Below are positions 29,354-38,736 of a stretch of DNA of 64,000 nt, piece after piece. The position numbers were made by a program, and so were the translations under genes. Location of the stretch: the NCBI GenBank assembly GCA_019828565.1, contig JAHDYR010000030.1:112484-176483 (forward strand), in the 5' to 3' direction. The notes below the pieces were generated by a model that searched no databases, was not told the DNA's origin, and worked only from the letters and a program-made list of their open reading frames with translations. Position 1 is the first letter of the stretch, and the number at the start of each line of letters is the position of its first letter. Source of the stretch: Carpediemonas membranifera BICM. Lineage: Eukaryota > Protista > Fornicata.

Positions 29354-32300
29354 ATGCCTCCCTTTCGGGCGTTCGGCTTCATTATTCTTCTAAGCGTGCT
29401 CGCACAATGCTTTTGTCTAGCATCACCGCAAAATACGACTCTTCTCTCCTCTGCATCAATGTCATTATGCTATTCTACTGATTTGATGGCCGTCGGAGAA
29501 CCAAATTACAGCAGCAGTGCCACAGATGCCGGCATAGTAACCATATTAGATCCGGACGGCCAGCGTTGGACCGAGCTGACGACAATCGAGCTCGATTCCC
29601 CCACGCTATCCATGCTATTCGGACATTCAGTGAGCCTGACGGACACCAACCTCCTCGTGGGAGCTCCAGGATACAGCGACAGTGCAGGAGCCGGCTTCCT
29701 GTACTCTATCAGCAGCGGCGTCTTCACGTTGACGAACACACTCGCCGACGGGGCCACGGGGGACGAGTGCGGCACAGCAGTGGCTCTTGACGGCGTACGT
29801 CTCATCATAGGCTGCCCAGGAGCATCATCCAGTGCTGGCGCCGTCCTTGTCTACAAGCAGGCCAACGCCAACCTCCAGACGACCCTCACCGCCCCCAGCC
29901 CCGAGGCCGGAGACAGACTAGGCCAGTCCGTCGCTATGAACACCCAGCTGGTACTCGCAGGGGCACCGGGGGCGTCATCCAGCACCGGTGTGGTACTGAC
30001 CTGGGTGAGGGCTGGCTGGCTCTTCACACTGGAGCAGACCGTGGCTGGCAACGGGGCATGCGGCACTGCTATAGCCGCCTCAGACAGCTGGATCGGCGTA
30101 GGATGCCCCACAGCCGGATCAGCAGGTCAGGTCGCAGTCTACTCGGTGTCCTCCGCCACGGCGACGCTGTACGACACATTGGAGCCGGCAGACCTGACTG
30201 TAGCCGCTGGATTCGGTAGCTCAGTCGGGATAGATGGCTCATACCTCATCGCTGGCGCCCCAGCGAACAACACCGGTATCGGCGGGGCCGTGTGGTTCGA
30301 ACACGTCTCGGCCTGGACAGAGAGCGGAGTGTTAGTCCCTGAAACAGCGGGCACGGCAGCAGCGGGCACAACGGTCAGTGTGGGGCCATACTCGATCGCC
30401 ACAGCCGCGCCGGGCCTCTCGCTGCTGCTCTCACAGACTGCTGAGTGCGCAGCGGGCACGTACGCGGCCGGACTGACCACAGCCGAGTGTATCGCGTGTG
30501 ACCCAGCCACCCCCAACTCGCTGACAGCCTCCATGACTTGTTTTACATCAATCAGCTGTGACACGGGCTGGTATACTCCCGACTTCACCACATGTGTCGA
30601 GGCCGAGGCCGGGTACTACGTCGACCCAGCCGATCAGACAGTGCAGGTCGAGTGTAATAACGGAATGTACCAGCCCAGTAGGGGCCAGACATCGTGTGAG
30701 ACCGCAGACCCCGGGTTCTACGTCCCGGCGACAGGGGCGAACGTTGACCAGGTGCCGTGTGGGACAGGGCGCTACTCTGCCGGCAGTGGGGCCAGTGCAT
30801 GCACCGCTGCCGATGCAGGGTACTACGTCGATGACGAGGACCGCACTGCCCAGGCCGTCTGCTGCAACGGCAAGTACAGCAGCGCCGCTGCCCAGCCGGC
30901 GTGCACGACTGCGGATCCCGAGTACTTTGTGCCCAACGACGGACTACCCCACACCGCCCAGGACCCATGCACCGGGGGCTACCACAGCACGGCGGGGGCT
31001 GCCGCTTGTGTGTTCACGGACTGCGCCCAGGGGTTCGAACTGGTCGCCGCGGTATGCACCGAGTGCGGGTCAGGGCAGTGGGCTCCACTGGCAGCGTCGT
31101 GCAGGGCAGCGGGGGTCGGGTACTACGTAGCAGATAGTGACCACACCAAGCAGGTCGAGTGCAACGGCGGGGAGTACAGCGATGACACGGGCCTGAGCCA
31201 GTGCAAGGTGGCCCCGCCAGGGTTCTACACGCCACCCACTGGCGCCATCACGGAGCCCATCAGATGCCCCGCTGGGTCGTACGCCGCCTCTGGTCAGTCT
31301 GCCTGCACTGTCTCGGGGGCCGGGTACTACGTCAACAACGGCGACAGGACCCAGCAGCTCCCGTGTAACAGCGGCACGTACCAGCCCGATGAGGGCGAGA
31401 CCAGCTGCCTCAAAACCCCACCCGGCACGTTCACTGGCCCGACCGGGTCACACGCCGCTCCCATCGACTGTGGGGCGGGCGAGTGGGCGGGGGAGGGCCA
31501 GGACCACTGCAGCACAGCAGACCCCGGCTACTACGCCCCCGACGACGATAGGTCCGCCCAACTGGCCTGCAACAACGGCTCCTTCAGCAACACCACCGGG
31601 TGCACTGAGTGTACGGCCTGCCCCGCCGGGTACAGCACCCCGGGCGACGGCCTGCCGCACACTTTCTGTGTCAGCGCCGTGTCAGACTCCGGCACGACTC
31701 TAGACTCGACTCTGACTCTGAACGACTCTGCTCTTCCGGCGGAGGTTGTCCAGGTCACCGTTGAGGGGGTCAATTGTTCCAGAATCACGGGCACCGCAAC
31801 CAACACCACCACTGTTGTACTTGTCACAGCCAACTCGACTGTCGAGGCCGGGGTTTACGAGGCAGTTGTCACACTGGCTGACGGTCGAACAATTTCTACC
31901 GCTATCACGATAGATTCAGACATTACCGTTCCCTCCCCCGTCACCACTGTCGACGGCCTTACCGTCTCGGCCATCACGACCAGCCCCGTGTGCCCCAGCT
32001 CCATGGCCTCGCCCATGGGGGCCCTCACACTGTCATCGGCCCGACTCAATGCCGAGTCGGAAGTCGAGTGCTGGTCAGCGAGCGTAGCGATCGATGCGGC
32101 GACCCTGGCGGCCGACCTTGTCCCAGTGCTGGCTACGTCGAGCGAGCTTATCGACGGCTACAACCAGGTTTGCTTCGAGCTGTCGGCAGCCGGAGCAGAG
32201 TTTGGATCTACAGATTCACTCGATCTCAAGATCGACGGGATCTCACTGATCCCCCAGATCGTCTCCGGCGCCGTATGCGGCATTTACATTCCTGGCATGA

Positions 32301-33046
32301 CCGCAGCGGCCACTGCCGACGGGACCACCACGACGGCACACCAGGCGGCCCTCTTCTTCGATGGGACTGCCGTCCTCACGGCCGACGTCACTGTGACAAC
32401 CGACTCAGCCGACTCACTGACCCTTGCCGAGCTGGTCGACACGTACCAGATTTACCTGGGCACCATGACCTTTGTCACTGTGTCGGGCGGGGCAGCGCTG
32501 CTCAGTGTTTTGAGTATCTCTATCTGTCTCAATCTACTCTGCTGCGTCTTCCTCGTGATGCCCAAATGGGGCCGACTCATCAAGCGGGGCCGCCGGGTAA
32601 AGCCAGCCCGCTACACACCGTCGTTCCCGGGTCTGGCTGGCGAGGTTACTGACTCAGACGACTCGGATCCGACTGAATCTGACTCCGAAGAGACTGAGGA
32701 TCCCCAAACTATCTCCAGCAAGACGTCCACACTGCTGGCGGCCACTAGCACGGTGACGCTGAACGACTGCCTGACAGTTGATGACGACGACGAGGCTTCT
32801 GAACACAGCAACGAGGTCGAACTTCTCAATGCAGAGTCCCTGTCAAGCCTCCACGTGGCCTCACCGAGCCCGTCTCCCACGCCACACCTCACTGGGCGAT
32901 CGCCCACACTGAACTCCCCTCTGGTGACATCACATTCGAGGGCTGGGCTGGCTGAGGTCCCGGCGTCGGCGAGGCTGAGTGCTGTTCAGATGGCCATGGC
33001 GGAGGTCAGGCGGGCACGGGCATCGCGGAGTGGGTCCATAAGGTAA
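29354..33046 (+). CDS. Type I membrane surface protein: FG-GAP-like propeller + GCC2/GCC3 (ephrin-receptor-like) Cys-rich repeats + TM + acidic cytoplasmic tail
   Basis: Signal peptide; FGHSVSL..LLVGAPG, LGQSVAM..LAGAPG, FGSSVGI..LIAGAP; many CxxGxYQPxxGQTSC repeats; hydrophobic TM followed by KWGRLIKRGRR. Confidence 0.85.
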   Translation: MPPFRAFGFIILLSVLAQCFCLASPQNTTLLSSASMSLCYSTDLMAVGEPNYSSSATDAGIVTILDPDGQRWTELTTIELDSPTLSMLFGHSVSLTDTNLLVGAPGYSDSAGAGFLYSISSGVFTLTNTLADGATGDECGTAVALDGVRLIIGCPGASSSAGAVLVYKQANANLQTTLTAPSPEAGDRLGQSVAMNTQLVLAGAPGASSSTGVVLTWVRAGWLFTLEQTVAGNGACGTAIAASDSWIGVGCPTAGSAGQVAVYSVSSATATLYDTLEPADLTVAAGFGSSVGIDGSYLIAGAPANNTGIGGAVWFEHVSAWTESGVLVPETAGTAAAGTTVSVGPYSIATAAPGLSLLLSQTAECAAGTYAAGLTTAECIACDPATPNSLTASMTCFTSISCDTGWYTPDFTTCVEAEAGYYVDPADQTVQVECNNGMYQPSRGQTSCETADPGFYVPATGANVDQVPCGTGRYSAGSGASACTAADAGYYVDDEDRTAQAVCCNGKYSSAAAQPACTTADPEYFVPNDGLPHTAQDPCTGGYHSTAGAAACVFTDCAQGFELVAAVCTECGSGQWAPLAASCRAAGVGYYVADSDHTKQVECNGGEYSDDTGLSQCKVAPPGFYTPPTGAITEPIRCPAGSYAASGQSACTVSGAGYYVNNGDRTQQLPCNSGTYQPDEGETSCLKTPPGTFTGPTGSHAAPIDCGAGEWAGEGQDHCSTADPGYYAPDDDRSAQLACNNGSFSNTTGCTECTACPAGYSTPGDGLPHTFCVSAVSDSGTTLDSTLTLNDSALPAEVVQVTVEGVNCSRITGTATNTTTVVLVTANSTVEAGVYEAVVTLADGRTISTAITIDSDITVPSPVTTVDGLTVSAITTSPVCPSSMASPMGALTLSSARLNAESEVECWSASVAIDAATLAADLVPVLATSSELIDGYNQVCFELSAAGAEFGSTDSLDLKIDGISLIPQIVSGAVCGIYIPGMTAAATADGTTTTAHQAALFFDGTAVLTADVTVTTDSADSLTLAELVDTYQIYLGTMTFVTVSGGAALLSVLSISICLNLLCCVFLVMPKWGRLIKRGRRVKPARYTPSFPGLAGEVTDSDDSDPTESDSEETEDPQTISSKTSTLLAATSTVTLNDCLTVDDDDEASEHSNEVELLNAESLSSLHVASPSPSPTPHLTGRSPTLNSPLVTSHSRAGLAEVPASARLSAVQMAMAEVRRARASRSGSIR

Positions 33047-33201
33047 ACTATTGTAAAGCAGCGCGAGTGAGTCATTCTTGGCAGATGCTGGTGATTTATG
33101 ACAGGAATCTCTGGTTTTCTTCCATTCACGCGCAGTTTATGACGCTGACTTCCGGACTCATAGATTTGTTTGGCTTTCGGTCCACCGTTAGGAAGTGGTG
33201 A

Positions 33202-34092
33202 ATGCTGTTTGAGCTGAGCGTATTGTCCATTAATGCTCTCCTGAGCATTCCCACGTTTATTTTATCGATAGGCTTCCGTCTTATGGTTGTTTTCGACAAA
33301 TCATGCCAAACGAAGTATTTCGACAGGCTTTCTGGCCTTCTGACGGCAATCAACGCGTTTGTGCTCGTCTATCTTATCCTGAACATCTGCTGGGTTGCGA
33401 ACATCCTTGACCACGAGGCAGTAGGGTTCATGGTCGACCTCTCTTGCCGAGTTGTGCAGTCAGCGTGCGCCTTTGTATCTTTCTTCCTCATCAGCTTCAT
33501 CAAGCCCTTCGACCTCGTCAACTCATATGAACGGCGCCGGCCTAAAGTCGCCCGTCGTCGCTGGCTGGGTCTTCCCCGCTGGCAGTGGGAGGTGGCACTG
33601 TACTTCTCAGCTGTTGTCGGCCTTGCAGACTCGCTCATATTCATAGACACGTACAATCTGGCCTTCTCTCTTGGCATCCCGGTCCGCGTGCTGTTTTCCA
33701 TCGCCATGCTGTGCATTTCACTCTTTGCCATCATCACGACGGTAGGATTCTTCATCAGGAGAGGCCGCAGGCTGCCTATCAAGGCATGGACGATCGTTCT
33801 TGCCATGCTTGTCGGGCTCAACCTCATTGGGATGCTTCACGTCGTCATTGAGCTTTGTAGGGCAGTGCAGGCGTTCAGCGACGATGTTCTCGGCGAGACC
33901 CTCGCATCCATAGTTGACTATGCCGTCGCCTTCCTCCTTGAGATGCAGGTGGGCGTCTATATGCTCTTCGCGTGCCTCGTGGTCGTGCTTCATGCCGGGT
34001 TCACCGTCCACCACCACATGGCCACCAGCAAGACGACCACACCAACACAGGACCACCACATGTACATTTATAGGGGTATCTTCGCAGGGTAG
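33202..34092 (+). CDS. Multipass (about 7 TM) membrane protein
   Basis: Seven hydrophobic stretches in 296 aa; AATAAA after the stop. Confidence 0.7.
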   Translation: MLFELSVLSINALLSIPTFILSIGFRLMVVFDKSCQTKYFDRLSGLLTAINAFVLVYLILNICWVANILDHEAVGFMVDLSCRVVQSACAFVSFFLISFIKPFDLVNSYERRRPKVARRRWLGLPRWQWEVALYFSAVVGLADSLIFIDTYNLAFSLGIPVRVLFSIAMLCISLFAIITTVGFFIRRGRRLPIKAWTIVLAMLVGLNLIGMLHVVIELCRAVQAFSDDVLGETLASIVDYAVAFLLEMQVGVYMLFACLVVVLHAGFTVHHHMATSKTTTPTQDHHMYIYRGIFAG

Positions 34093-34276
34093 CCGTCATT
34101 TAGTCAATAAACCATGCATCATTGTCTTCATATGATTACCAGAGACCCGTTGACGCTCGAGGACTGGAAAAGGCATGACCGGTAGATATGGTGTTGAAAC
34201 CACTGGACGAGGAGCGCTTATTGGAAATTGAGTCAGCCGTGCCGGGGCGTGGACCCATGCCATTGATCGTCATCAA

Positions 34277-36565
34277 ATGATGAGCATGAAAAGCTCAATT
34301 CAAAAGCTCCTTCAAATGGCGAACGCTAGAGCTGCCTGGCTGTCAGAAGGATTTCCCTCACTGGAGATCCCGGAAAAGGTCTCCAAGATCTCGAAACAGG
34401 TGCCCAACAAGGCTGTACCAGAGCTTGTTGCTCTGCTCAAGGACGTTTGCGGCGATATTGAGATGAACATCCGCGTTGATGGCGAGTTCATGGCCAGCAT
34501 CCTCTGCGAGCTCGGCTCTGTTCTTTTCAAGGGCAATGAGCTTGGCCCCGTCGTCATGCAGATGACGAAGCCCGAACACAACATGTTCGACCTCCTGTGC
34601 ATGATCATCGAGGGCAAGAACCGCCAGCCCTCCCGCAAGACCCTGTTCTTTGCCGGCGTCCTTCTCTCGACCCTTGTTCACGCCAGCGAGGGCCGCTTCA
34701 TGTTCGGCGAGGACACTATCGTTCGTCTCAGGAACGCGACCACAGAGAACGAGGTTCGCGGCCTGCTTAAGTTCATGAACGACCGCAAGGTGCGCTGCAT
34801 TGCTTGCATCACCAAGGTCATCCTCGAGGTCGACGGCCACTACGACGGCGGTGTCGTCTTCACCATCAACGGCCTCGCCATCTCATGCCACCCGCCTGCC
34901 CAGGGCTCCATTCTCCTGGCCGACGTCCACGTTGAGATGGCCGTTGTCGACCTCGTCCTCAAGCTCGCCACCAAGGACTTCACCCGCTTCCCCGCCCCCG
35001 CCGACGTCGCCGTGCGCGCAGTGTGCGTCGACCTGATCCTCCTGTGGGCCCAGATGGACCACATGAGCGGCCAGTTGTCCGTCCTGCCCCATATCATGGC
35101 CATCGCCGACACCCTGCTCAAGTGCCCCCCCACTGTTCCCCTGGGCAAGAGAACCGGCGCCATCCTCGCCATGACTGTCGCCACGATCAGACCCGACTCC
35201 CATCTCTTCAAGTTCAACAAGGACCAGTGGGAGACCGTGTTCGACACCCTCTGCCGCTACACCAACTTCCTGTCTCTCAGGGTCATGGCCAGGGCCGTGC
35301 GGCTGCCCCCCCTCGCCGTGTTCATCACCCCTGAGCGCCTCACCCGCATCATAGCACCGGAGATGTCCGAGCTGACCGATGCTGAGCGGACCAGCTTCAT
35401 TGACGGCCCCTCTCTCGCCGCCCGCCAGCAGATCCTCGGGGAGTTCCTGACCTCCCTCTTCAGCACCGCTCCCAGGGCTGCGGCCCACGTCGCTGACCAC
35501 GCCAAGCACCCCAAGTTCGTCGACAACCTCATCGCTTGTGCCCGCGGCGCTGTCGACTCCATTGAGGTCCGCGTCGTAACTATGCAACACCTCTTCGCCG
35601 TCTTCACCGAGCCCATGGCCATCGTCCAGCTCCTCGCCCACGACGCTGCCACGGCCGAGGCCTTTAGGGAGGAGCACCCCGACTTCCCGGCTATGACGCC
35701 CTACCCTATGCTCGATGGGCTCGTCGCTCAGCTCCACGAGTATGTAGCCAGCCGCAGTGACGTCGACAAGATGATCCAGACGCTGCCCCCGCAGATGGAG
35801 GAAGCCCGCGCCGCTCAGGGCATCAAGGCATGCGCCGGCCAGGCCCTCGCCGTGTTCTCGGCCCTGGCGAAGGGCTCCTCGATCCGCCCCGACCTTGCTG
35901 CTGAGAGCGATGCTACAGTCGCCGACCTCCTCCGCGACGCCGGCCTTCTTACTGACCTGACCCGTCTCTTGGCTGCCCCCATTGGTGGTACCGATTCCCA
36001 CCTGCTTGACGTCATCCTCCTCATGGAGCAGCTGCTCTCGGGCATCGGCACTGGTCTGGGCACGACCATCGACTCCATAGTGGACTCTGGTGCCATCATC
36101 AGACTCGTAGCGTTTGGCGAGAAGGTCATGGAGGGCACCAACGTCAACTACGCCGAGGAGGAGACCAAGCCCCGCTTTGAGATGGCGCTGACCTACACCA
36201 TGAGCGTGTTGCTGTTCATCGCGAGAGCCAAGATCGATGCTGTCACCAACGACACGAAGCTGGCCTTCCAGATGAAGAAGATCGAGGCCATCGCTGTTAA
36301 GATCGTGCAGTCTCTCGAGTGTGACCGCATCTGCTACTGTTTCTCCGTCGAAACCCTCCGCATTCTCCTCGACAACGGCGTTCTTCACGCTGCTGTCGAC
36401 GACAAGATGGTGGAGGTCCTCGACAAGGCTGTCGCTGCCACCACGAGGATCACGGAGGTGCTCCCGTGGCCCACTGCCGTCAACCAGGTCATCAGCGAGG
36501 ACGAGCATGCCAACATCAACAAGAGGATCATAGACGCAGTTGCTGTCATCAAGGCAAAGGCGTAA
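34277..36565 (+). CDS. Large alpha-helical (ARM/HEAT-like) hypothetical protein
   Basis: 762-aa ORF with strong C/G-ending codon bias and amphipathic helices; AGTAAA overlapping the stop. Confidence 0.75.
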   Translation: MMSMKSSIQKLLQMANARAAWLSEGFPSLEIPEKVSKISKQVPNKAVPELVALLKDVCGDIEMNIRVDGEFMASILCELGSVLFKGNELGPVVMQMTKPEHNMFDLLCMIIEGKNRQPSRKTLFFAGVLLSTLVHASEGRFMFGEDTIVRLRNATTENEVRGLLKFMNDRKVRCIACITKVILEVDGHYDGGVVFTINGLAISCHPPAQGSILLADVHVEMAVVDLVLKLATKDFTRFPAPADVAVRAVCVDLILLWAQMDHMSGQLSVLPHIMAIADTLLKCPPTVPLGKRTGAILAMTVATIRPDSHLFKFNKDQWETVFDTLCRYTNFLSLRVMARAVRLPPLAVFITPERLTRIIAPEMSELTDAERTSFIDGPSLAARQQILGEFLTSLFSTAPRAAAHVADHAKHPKFVDNLIACARGAVDSIEVRVVTMQHLFAVFTEPMAIVQLLAHDAATAEAFREEHPDFPAMTPYPMLDGLVAQLHEYVASRSDVDKMIQTLPPQMEEARAAQGIKACAGQALAVFSALAKGSSIRPDLAAESDATVADLLRDAGLLTDLTRLLAAPIGGTDSHLLDVILLMEQLLSGIGTGLGTTIDSIVDSGAIIRLVAFGEKVMEGTNVNYAEEETKPRFEMALTYTMSVLLFIARAKIDAVTNDTKLAFQMKKIEAIAVKIVQSLECDRICYCFSVETLRILLDNGVLHAAVDDKMVEVLDKAVAATTRITEVLPWPTAVNQVISEDEHANINKRIIDAVAVIKAKA

Positions 36566-36777
36566 GTAAACCCGGATTTTTATGGTGTGTATATGCACGA
36601 CATGCTGGTGTGGGATGTATTGTTGGACAGTCATGAGAAGTTGTCTATAGTGCAGGTTATGTCACCACAGTGTTGGAGTCTCTTCACTCGGAGGACACAT
36701 TTCTCGATCAATCTGACTCGACTCCGGAGCCTGCCAAAGCTATTTTTAGCGAAAGTCTCTTTCAAACACGGACACGA

Positions 36778-37356
36778 ATGAAGTTTTTCACCATCAAACC
36801 GGCTAAACTTCCATTTCTCTTCAATGATGATGTCTACGTTAATCAAGAGCTTCCTATCCGTTGTCGTATAAGCGACGAGGTGCTGGGATCGCTTGAAATT
36901 GAGATCAGTGAGGTTGCCGAGCAGCCTCTTTTTCACTGGTGCGGTATGACGAGATCTCGCTATACTCTCACAGTGAGAAGGACTATGGGCGGATTTGATC
37001 TTCTCTTTATCTTCCCCCCACAGTTCCACTTTAACGGCTTCGACGTCATCAACGAACGTTGGCTGTTCAAGGGCCAGATTGAACACGCCTACAAGGCCGC
37101 CCTCGTCCACGACGTCCTCATCTCCTATCAGCAATCCTTCGGAGTCTTGAAGAAGACTTATAACCTCAACCTCCGTGAGATGGCCGATTTCTTCTTTGAC
37201 CAGCTGCTCAGGGCGAACAGAGGTTTCGCGGATCAGAATCGCGCGCAGATCGATCTCGTCGTGAGGGGCGTGAAGTGGAAGACGGAGAAGCTGCAGGAAC
37301 GTCATCGAGTTAGGCTCATCCCACCGCGGACCAACTACAGGAGTTTCCTCTTCTGA
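36778..37356 (+). CDS. DUF1353-like protein
   Basis: PPQFHFNG...YKAALVHDVL...REMADFFF..L...VR resembles the DUF1353 motif series (P.GF.TDG; Y..AA.VHD.LY; R..AD..F; Y..VR). Confidence 0.55.
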   Translation: MKFFTIKPAKLPFLFNDDVYVNQELPIRCRISDEVLGSLEIEISEVAEQPLFHWCGMTRSRYTLTVRRTMGGFDLLFIFPPQFHFNGFDVINERWLFKGQIEHAYKAALVHDVLISYQQSFGVLKKTYNLNLREMADFFFDQLLRANRGFADQNRAQIDLVVRGVKWKTEKLQERHRVRLIPPRTNYRSFLF

Positions 37357-37622
37357 TCCATGGCTCGATCCCTGTTAGGCAGCTTTATTCTCTTTATTCT
37401 CTAAACTAATCTTTCATGGGTCTTCAGCCCGCAGGCAGTGAAGTTGGAGTCTGCCTCTACACCACGACACCACGCGACAGGTGAAGATCCGGCCCAAGAG
37501 TTTGAAGGGTCCCCATGGAAGATAACGCCAGACATCTCCTCTATTGATAAACTCTTTTTGTGCACGATACAGACACCAGCTTCACTCGTTTATTGACGTG
37601 TGATGGTGCAATGCACTCAAGC

Positions 37623-38490
37623 TTACTTCCTCGTGATCTGGGACAGGTCGGCGACAGCGCCACCGTGATAGGCACTGGCACCGGCGCCGCCCTTGGAGAC
37701 AGAGTCGCGGCCATCGAGGCCAAGACCGTGGCCGCCGGCGTCAAAGCTATGTAACTACCATGCGTGATAAACATACCGGTGGGCGTGGGTGCCGTGGTAA
37801 GTGCTGGGGTCCGTCAGGCGATCGAAGATGGAGCCACCCTTGACAGCGGGCTTGGCAGCCGGCTTAGCGACAGGCTTGTCTCTGGGCGACTTGCCACCAT
37901 CACGGGGCGACTTGCCGCCCTCGCGAAGGCCGGTGCGGGTGATCTGGGAGAGGTCCTTCACGTCGCCACCGTGGTAGGCTCCAGCAGCGCCGGTACCGCC
38001 CTTCGCAATGGTCTCGCGGCCCCCGAGGCCACGGCCATGACCCTCAGTGTCGAAACTGCGTAATGTGGGAATACGCGATGGTCGCATCGCATGGAACGAA
38101 CCGGTGGGCGTGCGTGCCGTGATAAGTGCTGGGATCGGTGAGGCGGTCGAAGATGGAGCCGCCCTTGGCCGGTTTAGCGGCGGACTTAGCAGCGGGCTTG
38201 TCTCTGGGAGACTTGGCGGGCCCGCGAGGGGACTTGGCGGCGGTGGGGCCCCCTTCACGGAGACCAGTGCGGGTGATCTGGGAGAGATCGCCGACAGCGC
38301 CACCGTGGTAGGCACCAGTGGCGTTGGAGCCTCCCTTAGCCACGGAGTCGCGGCCAGCGAGGCCACGGCCATGGCCATCGCCATCGAAGCTGCGTCAAAA
38401 ATTCAAGAGAAAGAGGACATACCGATGAGCGTGGGTGCCGTGGAAGGAGGATGGATCGTTCAAGCGGTCAAAGATAGACGGTTTGCTCAT
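37623..38490 (-). CDS. TPPP-like protein of three partial p25alpha repeats (252 aa; introns 38390-38422, 38056-38101, 37747-37776)
   Basis: Spliced product has 3x SIFDRL(T/N)DPSx(Y/F)HGTHAHRFDxxGHGxGLxGR, the partial p25alpha motif with Rossmann-like GxGxGxxGR; AATAAA on the minus strand at 37589-37594. Confidence 0.88.
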
Positions 38491-38736
38491 GGTTTAAAGT
38501 ATTGTGTTCTGCGGTTGTTCTGATCAAGTGAGGAATTTAGCGCAATTAGTCGAATTTAAGCTTGCCATGGCACATACCAACATGATGTCACAAGGCCTCC
38601 ATAGCGCTGTCTGGACGCCCCCTGAGGTCCCTCTCTGCATGTTTTTCACCAGCCCAAAATAGCCACCTCTCACAACAACAACCCCAGCTCTCCCCCGCCA
38701 TCACACTCGCCACGAATCACACTATGTTTACTCCAC

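Noticed and set aside
34883-36634. Long antisense ORFs opposite highly biased genes (also 38783-40434 and 46536-47867)
   Set aside because: Expected from strong C/G third-position bias of the sense genes; no protein-like features
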